Origin: Phaeosaccion multiseriatum
Lineage: Eukaryota; Protista; Ochrophyta, other classes
Direction: 5' to 3'
Assembly (NCBI GenBank): GCA_965112735.1
Contig: OZ218958.1
Coordinates: 620,001-684,000 of the forward strand
DNA length: 64,000 bases
The notes under the pieces were generated by a model. It saw only the letters and a program-made list of their open reading frames with translations. It had not been told where the DNA came from and ran no database searches. The position numbers and the translations under genes are program-made. Positions 21,081 through 31,309 of the stretch are shown here, piece after piece (the stretch's first letter is position 1; each line of letters opens with the position of its first letter).

Positions 21081-22845
21081 TTCCATGTTGTTAGACTTAG
21101 CTAACAGCAGCTCTTGCGTCCTCAGCTTTCTCGCGTGCAACTAAAGAAGCTAAGTAGCATGGATGTCTTTGCTTTACTGCTACATACCTAAGGGTGGTAA
21201 GAGGGCATTGAGGCTTAGTAAGAGGGACAACTGAGCAACTGAGCACGTCAGGACGCGAGGCCGTCTTCCCTCATGAACTCTCCCTCCCCCCCCCAAAGCC
21301 CAGGCGTAAAAGCCGCCCGTGAGGAGACGAAGAAGGCAGAGGGGGGGTAGAGGGAAAGACCGACAGTTGGAGGCAATGCTCGCTGCAAACACTCACCCAT
21401 TTCCTCTCCCATATGCACTGAGCAACACATGACGCGTCGCTCGTGCTCGTCTGTACACATGGCCGACGATCATTCGGGCCGAGACGCACGGACGAGATGG
21501 GCGGGAAAGCTTCGCGCATCGAGAGCGAGGTACCATGCAACACCAAAAAAGGAGCGGTGCATGGCGGCGGGAGAGTGAACAGCGCGAGCGGTGCGAAAGA
21601 GGCAGTGCTTCTCTAGGGCCGGAGTGCGCTCTGGAGAGAGGCGCCACGGGTCGTGTGTGGCCCAGGGAGTGCTGCTGCCTCGACAAGGTGTGAGTGGGGG
21701 GCGTTGGTGCATGGACCTGCAGACATCGTAGGGGTTTTGCTCTTCTAAGGAGGGGGGCAGGCTAGGTAGGAGGCGTTCTAGGCGTACACACACGCTTGTT
21801 AGAAATACTTCGTAAGAATGATATAGCCCCTACACGTCGCAGAGAAGTATGTATCCGAAAGGAGAACTTGAGGGGCTCTCTTGGACAGACATGTGTATTG
21901 AGAAACGCCCATGTGTCGTTTCGTGAGTTGTCGAGCGGTGCAATCAACGGGAGCGAGAGCGACGCTGTTGAATGGCCTTGCACTCGCTCTGTGCGATCCA
22001 TAGGTCACAGAGTTACGCATGTCTCGCAGTCACCCCCCATTGTGAAAGGCATCAGACAGATGTAAGTGAATTCCCTCACGTGGGGAAGGACCCACAACCC
22101 CGCCGAGAAAGGAAGAAATGGCTGCCTACGCCTGGGCCATTGACTTATGGCTCCGTGTCTCTGACGCCTCTTCATTTTTTCCCAGGGGAAAGGACCCTGA
22201 TAGGCAGAGCGTGGCAAGCTATTGAGAGAGCCCTCCTTCCTCTTCGCTTGTAGTGGGGCACGCCTGGGGAGAAGGGGCTTGTCTTGAGTCAGGGTTTGGT
22301 CGGCTTGGTTCCCTCCCGCTCTCACCTAGCTTAGCGCTGCGTTGGCCTCTTCTTGCACAGAGAGTGAAGTGGAAGGACCGTGACAGGCCGCGAGGAAAAC
22401 ACGGCGAGGGACCCCTCCTTCCCCGACACTCTTCGTGCGACACGTCTGAGGGGGACGGGCATCGCCGGCTTGCTTCCCCCGATTTTCTCTTCCTCCCCCC
22501 TCTCGCCCTCTCCTGCGACAGGCTGGGGAGCGACAGGTCAACCCGTCCTCACCATGCCGCAGCAGGCCAGAGCACCCGAGGTAAGGGCACAGGAGGGGCT
22601 CGCTCGGTGACCCGTCGTAGGAGCAAGGTGGATAATGTGAGGGTAGCGAGCGGAAATGAGTCTCCCTTTCAAAGGGGAGCGCGCCCAGCGTAAGCGGATG
22701 ACAACGTATCAGAGGAGTGTTTGCGTTAGGCTCTTGAAGGAATGCTCCTCCAGTCCAGTGTACTGAGCGCGATTCGCCATTCCCCACCTTCGCTTGTCGC
22801 CCTCACTGTCTTCTCTCCCCAACGCTGCACGCATGGGCAAGCAAG

Positions 22846-25800
22846 ATGCAACGACTCTATGAGGCCATCGTTGGAATGGAAAGCCTCTCCACTGTGAGAG
22901 CGCTGGTTAGGAAGCTCGTCGCCAAGCACGGCAAAGCGATCTTGGAGAAGCCTGTCGACGAAGACGGCTTTACAGCTATGATATGGGCTGCGAGATACGA
23001 TCGACTGGATGTCGTTGACCTTCTGCTGCAGGAGGGGGCCTCCTTCAGCACCGGGGGAGGGTCGCACGGGACCACGCCATTGATAGAGGCTAGCTGGTCG
23101 GGACATAACGAGGTGGTGGAGCGGCTTCTCTCTGCAGGAGCAAAGGTGGACGCAGCGGACAACAATAGTGTAACACCCCTCCGCCGTGCTGCTGCTGACG
23201 GTCACGAGGCCGTGGTGGAGCGGCTTCTCTCTGCAGGAGCAAAGGTGGAGACAGCGAACAACAAGGGTGCAACACCCCTCCACTTTGCTGTTCATGGAGG
23301 TCACGAGGCCGTATGTGAGCGGCTTCTCTCTGCAGGAGCAAAGGTGGAGACAGCGGACAACGATGGTACAACGCCCCTCCGCTTTGCTGCTCAAGAAGGT
23401 CACAAGGCCGTGGTGGAGCGGCTTCTCTCTGCAGGAGCAAAGGTGGAGACAGCGGCCAACGATGGTGCAACGCCCCTCCACCTTGCTGCTCAAGAAGGTC
23501 ACGAGGCCGTGGTGGAGCGGCTTCTCTCTGCAGGAGCAAAGGTGGACGCAGCGGGCAACAATAGTGCAACACCCCTCCACCTTGCTGCTGATAACGGTCA
23601 CGAGGCCGTGGTGGGGCGGCTTCTCTCTGCAGGAGCAAACGTGGCGACAGAGGACAACGATGGTACAACGCCCCTCCACTTTGCTGCTCAAGAAGGTCAC
23701 GAGGCCGTGGTGGAGCGGCTTCTCTCTGCAGGAGCAAAGGTGGAGACAGCGGACAACGATGTTCTAACGCCCCTCTACCTTGCTGCTCAAGATGGTCACG
23801 AGGCCGTGGTGGAGCGGCTTCTCTCTGCAGGAGCAAAGGTAGAGACAGCGGACAACGATGGTACAACGCCCCTCCACCTTGCTGCTCATGGAGGTCACGA
23901 GGCCGTGGTGGAGCGGCTTCTCTCTGCAGGAGCAAAGGTGGAGACAGCGGCCAACGATGGTGCAACGCCCCTCGGCCTTGCTGCTCAAGAAGGTCACGAG
24001 GCCGTGGTGGAGCGGCTTCTCTCTGCAGGAGCAAAGGTGGAGACAGCGGACAACAAGGGTGCAACACCCCACCACTTTGCTGTTCATGGAGGTCACGAGG
24101 CCGTGGTGGAGCGGCTTCTCTCTGCAGGAGCAAAGGTGGAGACAGCGGACAACGATGGTACAACGCCCCTCTACCTTGCTGCTCAAGAAGGTCACGAGGC
24201 CGTGGTGGAGCGGCTTCTCTCTGCGGGAGCAAAGGTGGAGACAACGAACAAACATGGTGCAACACCCCTCCACTTTGCTGTTCATGGAGGTCACGAGGCC
24301 GTGGTGGAGCGGCTTCTCTCTGCGGGAGCAAAGGTGGACGCAGCGGACAACAATAGTGCAACACCCCTCCACCTTGCTGCTACTGACGGTCACGAGGCCG
24401 TGGTGGAGCGGCTTCTCTCTGCAGGAGCAAAGGTGGCGACAGCGAACAACAAGGGTGCAACACCCCTCCGCCTTGCTGCTGAAGTAGGTCACGAGGCCGT
24501 GGTGGAGCGGCTTCTCTCTGCAGGAGCAAAGGTGGAGACAGCGAACAACAAGGGTGCAACACCCCTCCACCTTGCTGCTGATAACGGTCACGAGGCCGTG
24601 GTGGAGCGGCTTCTTTCTGCGGGAGCCAGAGTGGAGACAGCGGACAACCAGGGTGCAACGCCCCTCCACTTTGCTGCTCAAGAAGGTCACGAGGCCGTGG
24701 TGGAGCGGCTTCTCTCTGCAGGAGCAAGGGTGGAGACAGCGGCCAACAATAGTGCAACACCCCTCCACCTTGCTGCTGCTAACGGTCACGAGGCCGTGGT
24801 GGAGCGGCTTCTCTCTGCAGGAGCAAACGTGGCGACAGCGGCCAACGATGGTACAACGCCCCTCCACTTTGCTGCTCAAGAAGGTCACGAGGCCGTGGTG
24901 GAGCGGCTTCTCTCTGCAGGAGCAAAGGTGGAGACAGCGGCCAACGATGGTGTAACGCCCCTCTACCTTGCTGCTCAAGAAGGTCACGAGGCCGTGGTGG
25001 AGCGGCTTCTCTCTGCAGGAGCAAAGGAGGCGACAGCGGACAACGATGGTATAACGCCCCTCCACTTTTCTGCTCAAGAAGGTCACGAGGCCGTGGTGGA
25101 GCGGCTTCTCTCTGCAGGAGCAAAGGTGGAGACAGCGGCCAACGATGGTGCAACGCCCCTCGGCCTTGCTGCTCAAGAAGGTCACGAGGCCGTGGTGGAG
25201 CGGCTTCTCTCTGCAGGAGCAAAGGTGGAGACAGCGGCCAACGATGGTGCAACGCCCCTCGGCCTTGCTGCTCAAGAAGGTCACGAGGCCGTGGTGGAGC
25301 GGCTTCTCTCTGCGGGAGCAAAGGTGGAGACAACGAACAAACATGGTGCAACACCCCTCCACTTTGCTGCTCAAGAAGGTCACGAGGCCGTGGTGGAGCG
25401 GCTTCTCTCTGCGGGAGCAAAGGTGGAGACAACGAACAAACATGGTGCAACGCCCCTCCACTTTGCTGTTCATGGAGGTCACGAGGCCGTGGTGGAGCGG
25501 CTTCTCTCTACAGGAGCAAAGGTGGAGACAGCGGACAACAAGGGTGCAACGCCCCTCCACTTTGCTGTTCATGGAGGTCATGAGGCCGTGGTGGAGCGGC
25601 TTCTCTCTGCAGGAGCAAAGGTGGAGAAAACGACCAAACATGGTGCATCACCCCTCCACATTGCTGCTCAAGAAGGTCACGAGGCCGTGGTGGAGCGGCT
25701 TCTCTCTGCAGGAGCAAGGGTGGAGACAGCGGACAACGATGGTGCAACACCCCTCCGCCTTGCTGCTCAAAATGGACACGAGGCCGTGGTGGAGCGGCTT

Positions 25801-26931
25801 CTCTCTGCAGGAGCAAAGGTGGACGCAGCGGCCAACAAGGGTGCAACACCCCTCCGCCTTGCTGCTGAAGTAGGTCACGAGGCCGTGGTGGAGCGGCTTC
25901 TCTCTGCAGGAGCAAAGGTAGAGACAGCGGCCAACGATGGTACAACGCCCCTCCACTTTGCTGCTCAAGAAGGTCGTGAGGCCGTGGTGGAGCGGCTTCT
26001 CTCTGCAGGAGCAAAGGTGGAGACAGCGGCCAACGATGGTACAACGCCCCTCTACCTTGCTGCTCAAGAAGGTCACGAGGCCGTGGTGGAGCGGCTTCTC
26101 TCTGCAGGAGCAAAGGTAGAGACAGCGGACAACGATGGTACAACGCCCCTCTACCTTGCTGTTCAAGAAGGTCACGAGGCCGTGGTGGAGCGGCTTCTCT
26201 CTACAGGAGCAAAGGTGGAGACAGCGGACAACAAGGGTGCAACGCCCCTCCACTTTGCTGTTCATGGAGGTCATGAGGCCGTGGTGGAGCGGCTTCTCTC
26301 TGCAGGAGCAAAGGTGGAGACAGCGGACAACGATGGTACAACGCCCCTCTACCTTGCTGCTCAAGAAGGTCACGAGGCCGTGGTGGAGCGGCTTCTCTCT
26401 ACAGGAGCAAGGGTGGAGACAGCGGCCAACGATGGTACAACGCCCCTCCACCTTGCTGCTGAAAATGGTCACGAGGCCGTGGTGGAGCGGCTTCTCTCTG
26501 CAGGAGCAAAGGTGGCGACAGCGGACAAGGATGGTGTAACACCCCTCCACCTTGCTGCTCAGTATGGACGCGAGGCCGTCGTCGCTCGTCTTACCTCTGC
26601 CGGATCCCCGATCGATGCACCGACATCGAACGGCGCCACCCCACTGCTTCGCGCCATCTACAACAATCATCACGGCATTGTGCGGCAGCTCCTGTCGGCC
26701 GATGCCTCGGTGGACAAGGCCTTGGCTGCGGCACGGAGGCTTCAACTCGGCCCAGAGATTGAGCAGCGGCTCACAGACGCAGCAGCAGCCTTCTTCCGAT
26801 CGCAGACTACACTGGACCTTATGCGAAGGACCGATCCGACCTTCTGCAAGGAGAGGGGGATGCCGCCGCTGGAGAGGCCCTGGAGTGTCGGTAGTGAGAC
26901 GTGGGAGAGCATGGCGGAGGAAATGCGCTGA
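22846..26931 (+). CDS. Intronless ankyrin-repeat protein (1361 aa, ~38 repeats)
   Basis: Consensus ETADNDGTTPLHFAAQEGHEAVVERLLSAGAKV; 2 divergent N-terminal repeats, 35 exact-length 33-aa units, 1 divergent C-terminal repeat and a short tail; no other domain recognised. Confidence 0.95.
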   Translation: MQRLYEAIVGMESLSTVRALVRKLVAKHGKAILEKPVDEDGFTAMIWAARYDRLDVVDLLLQEGASFSTGGGSHGTTPLIEASWSGHNEVVERLLSAGAKVDAADNNSVTPLRRAAADGHEAVVERLLSAGAKVETANNKGATPLHFAVHGGHEAVCERLLSAGAKVETADNDGTTPLRFAAQEGHKAVVERLLSAGAKVETAANDGATPLHLAAQEGHEAVVERLLSAGAKVDAAGNNSATPLHLAADNGHEAVVGRLLSAGANVATEDNDGTTPLHFAAQEGHEAVVERLLSAGAKVETADNDVLTPLYLAAQDGHEAVVERLLSAGAKVETADNDGTTPLHLAAHGGHEAVVERLLSAGAKVETAANDGATPLGLAAQEGHEAVVERLLSAGAKVETADNKGATPHHFAVHGGHEAVVERLLSAGAKVETADNDGTTPLYLAAQEGHEAVVERLLSAGAKVETTNKHGATPLHFAVHGGHEAVVERLLSAGAKVDAADNNSATPLHLAATDGHEAVVERLLSAGAKVATANNKGATPLRLAAEVGHEAVVERLLSAGAKVETANNKGATPLHLAADNGHEAVVERLLSAGARVETADNQGATPLHFAAQEGHEAVVERLLSAGARVETAANNSATPLHLAAANGHEAVVERLLSAGANVATAANDGTTPLHFAAQEGHEAVVERLLSAGAKVETAANDGVTPLYLAAQEGHEAVVERLLSAGAKEATADNDGITPLHFSAQEGHEAVVERLLSAGAKVETAANDGATPLGLAAQEGHEAVVERLLSAGAKVETAANDGATPLGLAAQEGHEAVVERLLSAGAKVETTNKHGATPLHFAAQEGHEAVVERLLSAGAKVETTNKHGATPLHFAVHGGHEAVVERLLSTGAKVETADNKGATPLHFAVHGGHEAVVERLLSAGAKVEKTTKHGASPLHIAAQEGHEAVVERLLSAGARVETADNDGATPLRLAAQNGHEAVVERLLSAGAKVDAAANKGATPLRLAAEVGHEAVVERLLSAGAKVETAANDGTTPLHFAAQEGREAVVERLLSAGAKVETAANDGTTPLYLAAQEGHEAVVERLLSAGAKVETADNDGTTPLYLAVQEGHEAVVERLLSTGAKVETADNKGATPLHFAVHGGHEAVVERLLSAGAKVETADNDGTTPLYLAAQEGHEAVVERLLSTGARVETAANDGTTPLHLAAENGHEAVVERLLSAGAKVATADKDGVTPLHLAAQYGREAVVARLTSAGSPIDAPTSNGATPLLRAIYNNHHGIVRQLLSADASVDKALAAARRLQLGPEIEQRLTDAAAAFFRSQTTLDLMRRTDPTFCKERGMPPLERPWSVGSETWESMAEEMR
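23149..26613 (+). repeat. 35 x 99-bp coding tandem repeat with very high internal nucleotide identity
   Basis: GGTCACGAGGCCGTGGTGGAGCGGCTTCTCTCTGCAGGAGCAAAGGTG recurs every 99 bp; 35 x 99 = 3465 bp fits the span exactly. Confidence 0.97.
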
Positions 26932-27681
26932 AGTCAAGAGAAGGGGGCCTGAATGAGATGCGAAATGGAAGGGGGACAAGACGACTGAGACTAAAGAGGA
27001 CTGCTCTCGCTCGCATGCACCAGTCAGGCCATGGGGAGTATGGGCATACCACGATGCGATGCGAGAGAGGCACCGTCTATGGCACCTTCAGAGAGACTTG
27101 GCGGGAATGACTTTGGGATCGAAGCAAAAGGAACGGGGTTGGGGGGGGGGGGGTGAGATTCACACAGGTGTAGTAAACAGATTCACACTGGGGTAGCTAG
27201 CAAATAGTTCAACACAGTGCTTGAGCTTGTGAGGCGAAGGACTTTCTTTGGGTACGACGCACATCGGGAGTTCCGCTCGCTCGGGTGGGCGGAGGCATTC
27301 CAAAATCGAGTTTTGCCCAAAAGGTTCTTGGGTCGTGCGCCGCAGGCGGGCACAGCAATTGGTCGTAGATTGGAGGGGGGCAGCGCCCCAGATAAACCAC
27401 ATAGTAACACACAGCGGAAGTGGTCGTAGATTGGAGGGGGCACAATTCCCCTGATGGCCGGCACAAGCGCATACGCGAAGGTGATGCCAGCAGTGGGGTG
27501 CTGTGCTCGTGTGGAGGCAAAGGCAAGCCACACGCTCATCGAGGCAGCGGCTGTGCAGTCCAGTCGGAGTAATACCCACTCACTCACACTCACTCACTCA
27601 TTCACTGACACTCACCTCACTCGCTCACTCACTCAATCCCGTCATCGAGCAGAGTCTTGTGACCCACTGCTGCTCCCTCCA

Positions 27682-27836
27682 ACTGCTACTTGCTGGTGCA
27701 AAGCTTGTGCCCACGTGAGCTGGCTGTGTTGAAACGACATCACCCCTCTCGTCGGGATGTGCCTAGGAAACCGACATTCTTATTATACCCCAGAATATAT
27801 GTGACCGGAAACCCTCAGGCAGGACAACCTAGCACA
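27682..27836 (-). mobile_element. LTR remnant related to the LTR of the 1419-7212 element
   Basis: GTGCCTAGGAAACCGACATTCTTATTATACCCCAGAAT..GTGACCGGAAACCCTCAGGCAGGACAA and GCAAAGCTTGTGCCCAC are reverse complements of LTR segments. Confidence 0.85.
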
Positions 27837-29296
27837 CACGTGTTGCGATAGTGAGAGTGTCAGCTATCAAGAGAGACAATGGTTCGGTCTTTGGAGGCTG
27901 TTGTATAGGTCTAGATATCGACATTTGTGACCGAGCAGTATTTCGAGATACAGTATCGAGGTATCCGGGTGGGCAAGGCCTATGGCCACGCCTTCAGCCG
28001 CTTCCTTTGACGCATCTCTCAGTAGGTTTTAACAATGCAAGAGCTGACACTTCCGAAGCTTGTCACTCTTCTGGTAGAGGAGATATCGCAACACGACACC
28101 GGGCCTCTGTCGCTCAGCTCTCCAATAGTAGCCACAGGGTCAGCAGGCTGCCAACTTGCCCACACGGGCAGGGGGAGCCGCCACACACCCGAGCCAATGG
28201 CAGTGACACTGAAGCCAACCAACCACCAACCCTCCACGCGCCCCGCCCGCCTGCCTCGGGGGGGGGGGTTCCGCCCATTGAGGGCTTCGTCCGTCTACTG
28301 CCTTCCGCACCATTCCTCCCAGGGTAAGTCTTTCTATTGTTTCACCGAAGACAAAGGACTGGAGGATGACGCACAGGACGGAGGCCCACACCCGCTCCTC
28401 TCCATGCCTCCCCTTTAGCTCCCATCCCTTCGCTCACATCGTGTCATGTCACATGCATAATCCAAAGCAAAGGGGGTATGGGCAAAGTGTTTTGGGTGTG
28501 GGATCAGAGAGAGAGAGAAGAGAGAGATATAAACTCCAACTCGAAGCTCGTATTCTGTACCTCTTTGTTCAACAGGTCGCGCGATTCACTTTTTCTCCCC
28601 ATCCTGCTGCGAAAGTCCTGCTCCTTGGCAGTAAGTAGTAAGGCAGCAAATGTCTTCCACCTGCTGGTGCACGTGTTGGTACTCCACATTGCCTCACCGC
28701 TGGGCCCGCCGTCATGGTACGGAACACCCTGCAGAGTCGTGCTCGCTGAGTTGACGATGAGAAAACATCGAAGAATGCTCGGCCGACTGTCGAGCTGTTG
28801 CTGAATCATCACATTCCCCTCCCCTCCCCCCTCCCACGGGCAACCCCCGGGGGGTAAGGCTGCGTCAGAAGCGCGCGGCGTAGTGTAGCCTGAGTCGCTG
28901 CACTTTCTCCTTTCTTTTCTCCTTCTCAGCGGCTCTCCTTCTCTGCTGCTGCTCGGTGATTGGGTTGGGGCCTGTGTCCCACGCACGCCCACACACATGC
29001 AGATACGCACACACAGAGAGAGAGAGCGACACACTCATACACCCTCTTTCTGGGCCTTGTAGTGAGTCTTGGCGATGTCCATCCTTCCTCATCTCATCGC
29101 GCTGTAAAGCAAGTATCGCGTTCTGTGAGCATGGGGGGGCGTCAGGGTCGTGGTCCGTCCTGTCACAGCTGTTCCCACTGCATACCCACAACCGACCAGA
29201 CTAGCACCAGACTAGCATCAGACTTGACGCCGGTCCAAAGAGAGAGAGAGCTCAGTGGAGTGGGTCGAGTGAGTGATGAGTGACGATTCTCACCAC

Positions 29297-29327
<31 letters not shown>

Positions 29328-29384
29328 TCTTTGTTCGGTGAATGATGTGAATGATGCTGTTCCATCGTCGTCGTCGTCATCATC

Positions 29385-29416
<32 letters not shown>

Positions 29417-29460
29417 CATCATCATCCTCATCATCATCATCATCGTCGTCGTCGTCATCA

Positions 29461-30062
29461 TCACCTCCGACTTGGCTCCTCCACGTAGTAGTCGCCATAG
29501 CCGTACACCACTGCCTGATAGCGCTTCTTGCTTCGACACACGAGCGCACAGGACGCACTCAGCAGCACGATTTGCACCACAGAGAAGGCGATGCCCACCT
29601 CAGACAGAGAAGTCAGGCGAGAGCTCGACAGCTGCTCGAAGTGGGTGGAGCAAGTTTGTCTGTGGGGTTGGGGTTTGGTGTGTGTTTCCAAGTTGGGATG
29701 GAGTAGGGGAAGGTTGTTTGAGGGGTAGGTGGGGGGGGTTGGTTAGATGATACGTTTGGTTTGTTTGCTGCTTGCTTGCTTGATTTGCGTATTTGTTTTG
29801 CTTGTTTGCCAGCAACTATGTACTGAAGCACTCACGAGAAGGGAGTGGGGCAGTCGAGGTAGGCAGGGTTCTGACTCTGATCCGTGGCACTGCTCCAGCC
29901 GCAGCAGTCGCCACTATCAAAGAGCTGCTGGAACCACGCGAACTTTCTCGGATCGGTCTTGGCCTGCGAGGCGAGGTCCTCCCAGTTGGAGAGGTACACG
30001 GCACCGAACTCTGACGTCACGTAACCGTCGACAGTTGCCACGTAGAGCGCGATGGATAAGCC
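29461..30062 (-). pseudogene. 5'-truncated tetraspanin copy (last two identified exons)
   Basis: GLSIALYVATVDGYVTSEFG...DSGDCCGW...CPTPFS and QTCSTHFEQ...EEPSRR match 40585-41184; upstream exons are replaced after the (GGGA)n tract. Confidence 0.75.
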
Positions 30063-30083
30063 TGGGGAGGGGAGGGAAGGGGG

Positions 30084-30923
30084 GGGAGGGAGGGAGGGAG
30101 GGAGGGAGGGAGGGAGGGAGGGAGGGAGGGAGGGAGGGAGGGAGGGAGGGAGGGAGGGAGGGAGGGAGGGAGGGAGGGAGGGAGGGAGGGAGGGAGGGAG
30201 GGAGGGAGGGAGGGAGGGAGGGAGGGAGGGAGGGAGGGAGGGAGGGAGGGAGGGAGGGAGGGAGGGAGGGAGGGAGGGAGGGAGGGAGGGAGGGAGGGAG
30301 GGAGGGAGGGAGGGAGGGAGGGAGGGAGGGAGGGAGGGAGGGAGGGAGGGAGGGAGGGAGGGAGGGAGGGAGGGAGGGAGGGAGGGAGGGAGGGAGGGAG
30401 GGAGGGAGGGAGGGAGGGAGGGAGGGAGGGAGGGAGGGAGGGAGGGAGGGAGGGAGGGAGGGAGGGAGGGAGGGAGGGAGGGAGGGAGGGAGGGAGGGAG
30501 GGAGGGAGGGAGGGAGGGAGGGAGGGAGGGAGGGAGGGAGGGAGGGAGGGAGGGAGGGAGGGAGGGAGGGAGGGAGGGAGGGAGGGAGGGAGGGAGGGAG
30601 GGAGGGAGGGAGGGAGGGAGGGAGGGAGGGAGGGAGGGAGGGAGGGAGGGAGGGAGGGAGGGAGGGAGGGAGGGAGGGAGGGAGGGAGGGAGGGAGGGAG
30701 GGAGGGAGGGAGGGAGGGAGGGAGGGAGGGAGGGAGGGAGGGAGGGAGGGAGGGAGGGAGGGAGGGAGGGAGGGAGGGAGGGAGGGAGGGAGGGAGGGAG
30801 GGAGGGAGGGAGGGAGGGAGGGAGGGAGGGAGGGAGGGAGGGAGGGAGGGAGGGAGGGAGGGAGGGAGGGAGGGAGGGAGGGAGGGAGGGAGGGAGGGAG
30901 GGAGGGAGGGAGGGAGGGAGGGA
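30084..30923 (+). repeat. ~840-bp pure (GGGA)n microsatellite
   Basis: Directly visible; the paralogous intron tract at ~41208-41370 is much shorter. Confidence 0.97.
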
Positions 30924-30928
30924 GTCGA

Positions 30929-31092
30929 CCCTGGACAAGATTATGTGATTACTGATTACGGCCGGCGCAGCCGGCTTGATTACTGATTATGACCGGCGCC
31001 AGCCGGCCTGATTACTGATTATGCGCCAGCCGGGGGCTGATTACTCTATTATGATTACGACCGGCCGGCGCACACCGTAATCTTGTCCAGGG
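30929..31092. mobile_element. Miniature TIR element flanked by TCGA, with internal ~30-bp TGATTACTGATTA repeats
   Basis: TCGA|CCCTGGACAAGATTA ... TAATCTTGTCCAGGG|TCGA (15-bp perfect TIR); a second degenerate right end TAATCTTGTCCGAGGG|TCAA at 31200-31219. Confidence 0.75.
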
Positions 31093-31309
31093 TCGATAGG
31101 CCTAGGCCGGGGGGCTGCGCCAAAAATAGGCCTAGTAGGCCGCGGGCCTGCGGCCCCCGGAGCCGATGGAGGCGCCTGCAGGCGCAGGCGCGCACATCGT
31201 AATCTTGTCCGAGGGTCAAACGTTTTTCTCGTTCCAGTTTTGCCCCCAACCATTATTTTAACGGTTTCCGATGTGGGATGAACGAGTGCCCTTAAAGTAA
31301 ACACACATT

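Noticed and set aside
21797-22250. Possible copia-type solo LTR starting TGTTAGAA
   Set aside because: No matching terminal inverted end, TSD or second copy could be identified.
23149-26613. Diversity-generating retroelement (adenine-specific mutagenesis) as the source of repeat variation
   Set aside because: Some variable codons fit NNC/NNT, but others keep an invariant A (ACA/GCA/GTA/ATA) or vary at non-A sites. No template repeat is present, and the only RT is an LTR-gypsy type.
22726-26979. Long antisense and alternate-frame ORFs (CLHLCSCREKPLHH..., RPWWSGFSLQEQRW...) resembling Cys/His metal-binding repeats
   Set aside because: By-products of a 99-bp repeat lacking stops in other frames; they are broken by sporadic stops while the ankyrin frame is intact.
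27160-27460. Possible element boundary right of the ankyrin gene, with the direct repeat TGGTCGTAGATTGGAGGGGG at 27360 and 27421
   Set aside because: Only a short local duplication; no TIR partner, Helitron end or convincing TSD seen.
29747-30955. GGRE/PPSL repeat ORFs of 300-400 aa
   Set aside because: Translation of an intronic (GGGA)n microsatellite.
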